A stretch of DNA of 64,000 nucleotides, from NCBI RefSeq assembly GCF_001194135.2, contig NC_069003.1, positions 19,996,049 through 20,060,048 on the forward strand, read 5' to 3'. Below the pieces are notes generated by a model. The model was not told where the DNA came from and did not search any database. It was given only the letters and a program-made list of their open reading frames with translations. Position 1 is the first letter of the stretch, and every line of letters starts with the position of its first letter. Both the position numbers and the translations under genes were made by a program. This DNA comes from Octopus bimaculoides. Taxonomy: Eukaryota. This document shows, piece by piece, positions 54,991 through 64,000 of this stretch.

Positions 54991-56815
54991 TATATATATA
55001 TATATATAAGAACACAAATGTGGTTTAAACCTCATTTGTGTTCTTTTTTATACTAACATTGCACTGAGAACCAGCTCCGAGTCGGATGTGGTATTGACAT
55101 ATCTACAGTATCCTACCAACACCCGTTACTTTCACGGTTGTTTTACTTGACTGTGAACTCTATGTTACTCTACCTAGCCATTTCTGGCATATTACGTGTT
55201 GATGTGGTTAGATTCTATTGAATCCTATAACCTGTGTGTGTGCTTCTTAAGAGGAACCCTATGAAGATTGAAAAGATTGCCAATAAGTTGCTAACTTTTT
55301 GATAAAGTTAAAATGATTATCGCCTATTTTTTTAAAATCTGTGTAACAAACACAATGACAAAGAAAGAAAAAAGTAATATGAATGCAAATTTTTATTAAG
55401 CTGTCCTTAAAATTTCATTAACATTTTAGAGCCATGTGGTAAGTTCTTTGCTATCTGTCAGCTTGAGAAGCCCTGGTGTGGAATATTTGGTTATTTCTAA
55501 AAAGATCGAGCGACACTGCAGATGTTCGTTCAAAAGACAAGAACATTGTAAGAGAAATTGGACGACATTGTGTAAGACTATCTATATGTAGGAGAAGAAA
55601 ATGAAATGGAGATGTGTTGACACGGGAAACAGACTGTCAATAAATAAAATAGAAAGAAAAATTAGGTAGAAAGGTGAAACGAGTAGATATTCAATGACAT
55701 TGAAATAGACCGTTTATACACACACACACACACATATTCATTGCAGTGCACACATGTGCATATATATATATATAAAGATATTATTGTTCATAGTAAGTGG
55801 CTTAGCATGCGTAAAAAAACCCATAACGGTCTATTTCAATGTCATNNNNNNNNNNNNNNNNNNNNNNNNNNNNNNNNNNNNNNNNNNNNNNNNNNNNNNN
55901 NNNNNNNNNNNNNNNNNNNNNNNNNNNNNNNNNNNNNNNNNNNNNCATGCATATTACACACATTCAAACGTGCAAAACTGTAGACAGCAGGACAAAAAGT
56001 TGACAGTCTACTGAATCCCATCCTGGGTTGAACAGCCGTAATTATATATATGCACACCGAATGTGTGTGTACAGAACGGAAATCAGTTCTCGTAACCCGT
56101 TCCAGTGTCTCCAAAGCGTGGGAGAGAGGAAAGCATCCTCAAACCGAAAAACTGGCTCTAAAGCTTCTAAGAGTATTGACTCCACTGAAGACAATCAAAA
56201 TGCCACCAAGTGATACAGTTAAAACAGGTAACTGGTTATGTCTACCACCCAAATCGACCATAACGGGATTTGGACCCAGAGCACAAAGAGCCGGTACAAA
56301 CACTCAAAAAGCAACAGGTCTGACATTCTTGCAGTTCCTCCGATCCACTTCTGGGCTCTTTTTTTTTTTTTTTTTGCCGGCTCCGAAAGAATGAAAGGTA
56401 AACTTGATCTTTTATCCAGCTGAATTTGAACTGAAAGCACAGAGAAGTCGGAACAAATATCGTGAACCAGGGGCGGAAACAGCCGTCGGTCAATCGGGCA
56501 CTGCCCGCGGGGCCCGCACTCTACATATTAACTCTACTAAAACACACAAAGCGGCCGGGTAAACAATTATGCCCGAGAGCCCTTAATACTCTCAGTCTGC
56601 TCATGTCGCGAACTATTCTGTCCGACGCACTAATAACTCTACCGACCACACCCGTTTGGCGCTTGTTTACCTTAATATACACACATTGTAGGCGAATAAT
56701 AAACCGCATAGTTAGGGTAATAGTTCTAACCATTAATATACACATTATATATAAAATTTAAGTTTTCTATTGAAACGTTTATTTGTACCTGGACGACGCG
56801 AAATCCTTGATCAAT

Positions 56816-56846
<31 letters not shown>

Positions 56847-56944
56847 ACTTAGGGATGGTCATATTGCCAGTTTAGCCAATAAAAACACACGCACTGTATA
56901 TTTGGTGTTAATTTGCTTCAGCTTTATATTACATTAATCTTAAT

Positions 56945-56997
56945 CTTATTTCGGCCAGAGTTCTTTCGTCACACTTCTGTGACCTCATCAGTGGTCC
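56945..56997 (-). ncRNA. Candidate minimal type I hammerhead ribozyme (Penelope-like element end)
   Basis: Minus strand GGACCA-CTGATGA-G-GTCAC-AGAAGT-GTGAC-GAAA-GAA-CTC-TGGCC: stem I, catalytic core, 5-bp stem II, very short stem III and a CUC cleavage triplet. Confidence 0.5.
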
Positions 56998-58189
56998 TTT
57001 GTTTCCTGCCTTCTTATGTGTGTCTCACCTTGCTATATATATATATATATATATAACCGAAAAAGAAGCACTCTAAAGCATGTAACAGTAATGTACCTAT
57101 ATGCAGTTAAGTATATGTCCGGTCATAGTGACCAATGATTTCGCATCCATGGGACTAAGCCCNNNNNNNNNNNNNNNNNNNNNNNNNNNNNNNNNNNNNN
57201 NNNNNNNNNNNNNNNNNNNNNNNNNNNNNNNNNNNNNNNNNNNNNNNNNNNNNNNNNNNNNNNNNNNNNNNNNNNNNNNNNNNNNNNNNNNNNNNNNNNN
57301 NNNNNNNNNNNNNNNNNNNNNNNNNNNNNNNNNNNNNNNNNNNNNNNNNNNNNNNNNNNNNNNNNNNNNNNNNNNNNNNNNNNNNNNNNNNNNNNNNNNN
57401 NNNNNNNNNNNNNNNNNNNNNNNNNNNNNNNNNNNNNNNNNNNNNNNNNNNNNNNNNNNNNNNNNNNNNNNNNNNNNNNNNNNNNNNNNNNNNNNNNNNN
57501 NNNNNNNNNNNNNNNNNNNNNNNNNNNNNNNNNNNNNNNNNNNNNNNNNNNNNNNNNNNNNNNNNNNNNNNNNNNNNNNNNNNNNNNNNNNNNNNNNNNN
57601 NNNNNNNNNNNNNNNNNNNNNNNNNNNNNNNNNNNNNNNNNNNNNNNNNNNNNNNNNNNNNNNNNNNNNNNNNNNNNNNNNNNNNNNNNNNNNNNNNNNN
57701 NNNNNNNNNNNNNNNNNNNNNNNNNNNNNNNNNNNNNNNNNNNNNNNNNNNNNNNNNNNNNNNNNNNNNTATATATATATATATATAGGTTCGAGAAAAA
57801 AATCCACACGGTGTGAAAGGCTTAAAATTGGAGTTTGAGATTTGTAGGAAATTGGAGCCACAATTAAAATAAGGATGTCAATACGTCAAGTAGCGGTGTA
57901 TTGGTCTGTTTAATGGTTAGTGGACTCTTATAGAAAAACCACTGGTCCCCGAGAATGCAACAGTACTGGTCCTTTAAGAGTTACTTACCATACCATAAAA
58001 TACGAGTATATACGGTACAATAGTACATATATATACACATACACCTGTGAGCAGAATGAAATATGTGCTTTGTGTGTAGACTCGCAAGCCCACACAGTAA
58101 ATAATGAACTGGCATTTGTAAACAAAAGATTTAATTAATCAAAAAAAAGAAGATAGTTGAGAGTGACTTCGAAGTTTGGTGTACCAACC

Positions 58190-58233
58190 GCAGCTGATGA
58201 CGGCTAATAAGTCGAAATTTCGAAGTCACTGTC
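58190..58233 (+). ncRNA. Candidate degenerate hammerhead ribozyme
   Basis: GCAG-CTGATGA-C-GGCT-AATA-AGTC-GAAA-TTTCGAA-GTC-ACTG; palindromic stem III; stem I imperfect. Confidence 0.4.
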
Positions 58234-59846
58234 AATCACTTAAAGATTTCTTAGAAACATATTTGTGAAACATGACACACACGTATAGACCTCTTTATAC
58301 GTTTAGAAAATTAGGGCTTTATTTATTTTTGTTTGATTTCACATCTTTTTAGATAACGAGTAGATATATATATATATACGCACAAATAAATTATAGTTAA
58401 TAGCAATTTTTTTAAAAAAGTAACACAGTTTTGGCTGCGTTTTTTGTGATTGTTGCATAGGAATACTAAAGTTTATGAAAACATACACATATATGTTTGT
58501 ATCTACGTATGTATGGTTTGTTTATAAACGTTCATAAAATATATCGGCAATGTTTCGCCTATCCTTCAATTCAATGTTGAATTTTCTAGATAACTTCAAA
58601 TAAAAACAAACACATTAATACGTATATATATTATTCTTTTACTTATTTCGGTCATAGGACTGCGGTGGTCATGCTGGGGCATATGTCAATTGTTATAAAG
58701 CGGTGTAAAATTGAAGTACACTCCTGAGAAAAGTCATTTGTAAACATTTAGAATCTTTGAAAGAGTGTGTGTGTGTCTATATATATAAATATAATATAAT
58801 ATATATATACACAGATGTGTGTCTAATTTTAAGGGCTACAGGTGTCTGTGTAATGTTTAACTTTAAACACGTCTTCTTAAAAGTGCGTGCAAGTTAACGT
58901 ATATTCATATAAATACAAATATATGTAATCTATGCAGAAGAAACGGTAGATATAAATATAAGGTTTTATTTATTATTTAATTTAAACATATTTAGAGCAT
59001 TTCATCAAGTGAGCGGAATTTCTAGCTGTTCACAGAGAAGCCGGACAATTGGTTATTTAACATTTTCGTTTTTCTCAAATTAAAAAAATATGTACATATA
59101 GAGCCAAACTATGACACAAAATAAACATACGTATACAAATAAAAAGACCCATATATATATATATTACAAAAAAAGCAATGAAAATAATAATTAAAAGCTT
59201 ATAAATTGGCACGGAAAACACCTTACCCCGTTCGTTGTTGTTTTTTTTAAAATATATATATTGCGATTTTTTTTCTTCTGTCCAACTAAGAGGACACCCA
59301 GCACACTGTTGACACCACCTGATGGCCTTAATTACAGGTAAGGTGATAACAGGGAAATCCACACACACACACACAGGACGAAGAAATTTTATAACTATTA
59401 TGTCTTTCTTTTATAATTTGTTATTATTATTTATACTTTTACAGTTGCTGTATATAAAATATAACGAAAGGTGGACTGTTATTATTGTTATATATATATA
59501 TATTTAATTCTTTTTTTGTTCGTTTAATTATTTTCCTCTTTCACCATGAGTGAGCATGTGTGTATGCTTGCGTACATACCATGCATATATATTTATATGT
59601 GTGTGAGTGTGTGAATTATCTATGTATTGCATATGTATTGTGTAAGTAAATAAAAGTTTGTGTGTATACTTATCTCTGTATATGTGTGTTTGTTTTGTTG
59701 GTGTTTCTGTTACCCATTCTCCCCCCTCTCTCTACTATCCTTTACCTTAATCTCAATTATCTCTTTTCGTCGCTTTTACCCCGTCACTAAGACACCCTCT
59801 TTTTTTTATATGTACATGCTTACAAAGACATAGATATGCACACACA

Positions 59847-59894
<48 letters not shown>

Positions 59895-60149
59895 TACTTA
59901 ATACTCAACCTCATTCAGTCAGCCAGCCACACACCTTGCTAATAATAATAATAATAATCCAATAATATAATCTTTTCTTTTAATTAACACTACAGTCCGC
60001 TTAATCTGGTTTGACCTGGGGTTAAACAATATTTACTATTACTACTACTACAGTTTCACTTCCTCCTACTTTCATTTTTACTTGTATCCCCCTCTATATT
60101 TCATTTATACTACTCCTCTCATAGTGAACTTCATTCAAATCTAGGTACT

Positions 60150-60320
60150 ACGTCACCTTGAACTCTGAACCCTCACTGCAAAATGGCGTCACTTCCTGAA
60201 TTGTATTCATACACTACAACCTTATTCGTAAACACATGTAACCAATAGAGGTATTCCCCGCGTTACAGAGGCATTGAACGCCTAAAAATGCTGCCGTAAC
60301 GCGAAGTTTCGTAACGCAAA
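60150..60320. promoter_or_regulatory. Promoter-like motif cluster
   Basis: YY1-like AAAATGGCG, ETS-like CACTTCCTG, two TGACG half-sites, CCAAT at 60242, three GTAACGC motifs; CpG-rich. Confidence 0.45.
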
Positions 60321-60644
60321 ATAAATTTCCCTCATACATTGTATATTTATTGATTTCCAATTATCATTGCAAATTAGGTTTCATGTTATGGAACTTCAAT
60401 TTCAAGATTGGAGACACAAAATACAATTGTATAATATTTAGAAAGATATAATTTATACATGTACGTATATATGGACTCAAAGATATTGACAAGTAAAAAA
60501 TTTCAATTAGTTTTTCACATGGTTCCGAATTCAGTCCTACTGCGTGACACTTTGGGCAAGTGTTTTCTGCTATAGCTCCGGGTGGGCCAAAGCCTTGTGA
60601 GTAGATTTGGTAGACAGAAACTGAAAGAAGCCTGTTGTGTGTAC

Positions 60645-60806
60645 TGTGTCTGGAGGAGAGTCATTCTATTTTAGTGCCTTATAATTTAAGACACTCACCG
60701 GTAAAATTTCTACTTATTTCCTTCCTTATCTTTCTAAGTGGGAATTTTACCGGTGAGTGTGTTAAATTATAAGGCACTAAAAGAGAATGACTCTCCCACA
60801 GACACA
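60645..60806. other. Foldback/MITE-like inverted repeat
   Basis: ~60-bp near-perfect arms (GGAGAGTCATTCT...CACTCACCGGTAAAAT and its reverse complement) around a pyrimidine-rich loop. Confidence 0.85.
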
Positions 60807-60894
60807 ACAGAATATGCTTCAACACACGAACTCACATAAAGAATCTTGCAAACCAAATCCAAAAACGAAATATATATATGTACGTGTGTGTGTC

Positions 60895-61095
60895 TGTTTG
60901 TGTTTGTCCCCACCACCGCTTAATAACCGGTGTTGATTTGTTTACTTCCTCGTTGTAGCAGTTCAGCAAAAATGACCGATAGAATATCTAGACGTTAAAA
61001 AGTAAAAAGTACTGGTGTCGATCTGATCGGCTAAAAATTTCTTCAAGGGGGTGCCCCAGCATAGCCGTAGTCTAATAACTGAAATAAGTGAAAGA
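60895..61095 (+). mobile_element. SINE-like family C
   Basis: TGTTTGTCCCCACCACCGCTT...GTGCCCCAGCATAGCCGTAGTCTAATAACTGAAATAAGT; copies at about 23040, 26670, 47245 (minus) and 50930 (plus). Confidence 0.7.
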
Positions 61096-61455
61096 TTAAA
61101 GATAAATGATATTAATTATTAACGAACTCATTTTCTTGTTATTACAATTCTTCCGCTGCTAAAAAACATGGTATTTTGTTGTAGTGCGTCGGTCGCTTCT
61201 TGTAATGGAAGGATGTATCGCGTAGACAAGCTGAGAGAGCCTCATCAAATTGTGGCTGGATATATTTTACCGGTTTTATTATTGTTACAATGCTTCAATT
61301 TATCAGTCGAGGCTGGCAACACAAATATAAACGAGAAAAGCGAAACATCATCCTCACCAGATTTTAAAATTCCTCTCTGTTCAAATTTGCTGCTGGGACA
61401 ATATCCTTTTCTTTCCTTTAAATTGTAATGTCTAAATACGTGTGCATGTGTTATT

Positions 61456-61492
<37 letters not shown>

Positions 61493-63577
61493 AATATATT
61501 TGTGTACTCGTACTTATATATGTATTTGTCGATACCTGTGTTATATATTTATGTTTATTCAATCTCAGTCTTACGTTTTCTTTATTCTAAGTGACTGAAT
61601 ATAGTTTCTTTGAACTTGTTATTTCTGGTTTGTTGTCGATCAGACTATCAGGTGCTGTTATACTATACCACTGGTCACAATTTGCTTTTTTGTTACATTG
61701 TTTTACCTTTCAAATGATGCCCCCCTCTGGTTGAGCAGCAGACCAGTGTGTATTTGCTATAAGCTTGTGAATTTTTAAAGTGTTTTCAGATATAAAATGA
61801 CGAAAACAACAGAAAAAAACTCATTTTAATTGTGATAGCTATTCCGAAAGTCTAATTTTTAAAATCATTGTCATTATCCAATTTATTTTATTCGTTAATT
61901 TCAGTTCCCTATGATACACTTTTTGGCATTTTTTCTTTTAATAATATCTTACATTCCTAACCCAGCTAAACATGCCTGTCTCACAAACATTGTTCAAAAA
62001 TCGATAGACTATGCACTAATACCATCATCATATTATGTCAAACTGTTTTTACGAAACCAAAATAGCTAGCTTTTATCAGTATCGATATGTTTTATTAACT
62101 GCGAGTCAGTTCCGATCAGACATGAAAGTCTTTCCTCCTATGTCACTCTTCTCGCTTATTCAGACCTAGTTTACCTAGGAAAACATTTTCTAATGTCTCC
62201 TCTGTTTTTAAGATAATTTGGTAAGAATTTGAGAGATTTTGCCGTTGTTTTTACGAAAACAAAATACCTAGCTTTCAGTAGTAATATCAAACAGATATCA
62301 AAAGCGCTTCTACGATGACTATCCTAACAGGATAATCGTATTGTCCAAAAAGTAATAAGTTCATCATTGTTATTATTACTAGTATCTAATGTGACGTTCC
62401 CGAGTTATAAACGATATGGTGTGTGATTTGAGGGACATTTTGCTGCTATGTTACGAAAGCAAAATAGCTACCTATCTCCATTATCAACAATATTTTTATT
62501 AACTGCGAGTCATACGTGTGTGAATTAGAAACATTATCCAAGACGTTTCTTCCCACTGTTATTGGTTCACCTGTCATNNNNNNNNNNNNNNNNNNNNNNN
62601 NNNNNNNNNNNNNNNNNNNNNNNNNNNNNNNNNNNNNNNNNNNNNNNNNNNNNNNNNNNNNNNNNNNNNNNNNNNNNNNNNNNNNNNNNNNNNNNNNNNN
62701 NNNNNNNNNNNNNNNNNNNNNNNNNNNNNNNNNNNNNNNNNNNNNNNNNNNNNNNNNNNNNNNNNNNNNNNNNNNNNNNNNNNNNNNNNNNNNNNNNNNN
62801 NNNNNNNNNNNNNNNNNNNNNNNNNNNNNNNNNNNNNNNNNNNNNNNNNNNNNNNNNNNNNNNNNNNNNNNNNNNNNNNNNNNNNNNNNNNNNNNNNNNN
62901 NNNNNNNNNNNNNNNNNNNNNNNNNNNNNNNNNNNNNNNNNNNNNNNNNNNNNNNNNNNNNNNNNNNNNNNNNNNNNNNNNNNNNNNNNNNNNNNNNNNN
63001 NNNNNNNNNNNNNNNNNNNNNNNNNNNNNNNNNNNNNNNNNNNNNNNNNNNNNNNNNNNNNNNNNNNNNNNNNNNNNNNNNNNNNNNNNNNNNNNNNNNN
63101 NNNNNNNNNNNNNNNNNNNNNNNNNNNNNNNNNNNNNNNNNNNNNNNNNNNNNNNNNNNNNNNNNNNNNNNNNNNNNNNNNNNNNNNNNNNNNNNNNNNN
63201 NNNNNNNNNNNNNNNNNNNNNNNNNNNNNNNNNNNNNNNNNNNNNNAAGCAGGCTATCCACATGCTAGAAATAACAGTCAAATTTAAGCTTTTTTTCTTT
63301 CAGAATCATAATCTGTATCCTTCTGCGTACTTCGCCCCAAAAAAATTCTTTAAGAAGTGAAAACTAAAGAAATGGGGGGGGGGGGTTGAAATTGCGATTT
63401 TTGCAATTTTTTTTTTTTCCGAATCGGGATCTCCATAGCCGAGAACGTGGGTTTCTGTAAAAAAAAAAATGCCATGTACGCCGACTACTTTATTTGGCAC
63501 ACATACGGTTTCGCACCACAAGGGAGGTCACTGTGTTACAATTCTAGTTATTAATGTAGGTTATCATTGTAACTTAC

Positions 63578-63619
63578 CTGACATGTGCACCCACAAGCGA
63601 AACTCATAGTAGCAACAGA
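63578..63619 (-). CDS. Candidate 42-nt exon (SVATMSFACGCTCQ or alternative frame)
   Basis: Acceptor ATTTTTATTTTGGTTGAGTTAG, donor CAG|GTAAGT. Confidence 0.25.
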
Positions 63620-64000
63620 CTAACTCAACCAAAATAAAAATATTAATCTATATTACGTTATCGAGTTCCTTCCAACAGTCAACACTAAAGATGTGTATAT
63701 GTAAGAAAATGACAAAGGAATAAACGATTATCATATGAATTTCATTAGCATAAGGCTGTTTCTGCTATAAGATGTAGTGAACTCATAGTTGATTGCCTGA
63801 GTAACACTTTATAGCTTCATCAGAGCCTCGAATATGAAGTTCCTAAGACAATCGTCTATTCCTGTGATCTCATTTTCTTATTACCAGTCTATACTCGACT
63901 AATGCTTCATTCTGAAGTATATGTATATTGTTTTCTACACCGGGTTATTAGTCTCACAATGCCTAATCAAAATATATGTGTGTATATATATAGTCCTTAG

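Noticed and set aside
56200-56227. Plus-strand MPPSDTVKT with a CAG|GTAACT donor, resembling the ELMO N-terminus
   Set aside because: Only ~8 residues are similar, the following AIEW motif is absent, and no downstream exons were found.
32517-63287. Long ORFs in the track spanning X runs or YIYI/THTH repeats
   Set aside because: Artefacts of N gaps and dinucleotide microsatellites.
63790-63830. Minus-strand CTGATGA hammerhead core
   Set aside because: No GAAA or stem II/III follows.
1-64000. Standalone tRNA or rRNA genes
   Set aside because: Only SINE heads with A/B boxes were seen; no complete cloverleaf or rRNA-like segment.

Overview
AT-rich eukaryotic genomic DNA from a gapped draft assembly (five N runs). 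The repeat families resemble those I recall from Octopus; this is recognition from memory, not a database result. Most of the window is intron-like or intergenic and packed with tRNA-derived SINEs, RTE and CR1/L2 LINE fragments, MITEs, a mariner remnant, micro/minisatellites and one internally deleted Ty3/Gypsy-type LTR retrotransposon (11350-13737, minus strand). No host protein-coding gene could be named. Several short minus-strand candidate exons have good splice sites, and CpG density rises sharply near 50.5 kb, consistent with a methylated gene body on the left and unmethylated DNA on the right. The most unusual signal is the LTR element's primer-binding position. It is not the canonical TGG-type PBS but a perfect 12-nt complement of the 5' end of tRNA-Phe(GAA), hinting at priming by a 5' tRNA fragment. 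Other signals: two hammerhead-ribozyme-like motifs near 57-58 kb, several long foldbacks, an exact 87-bp local copy, and a duplicated segment with a highly conserved 114-bp core. Repeat boundaries are approximate unless TSD/TIR evidence is given.
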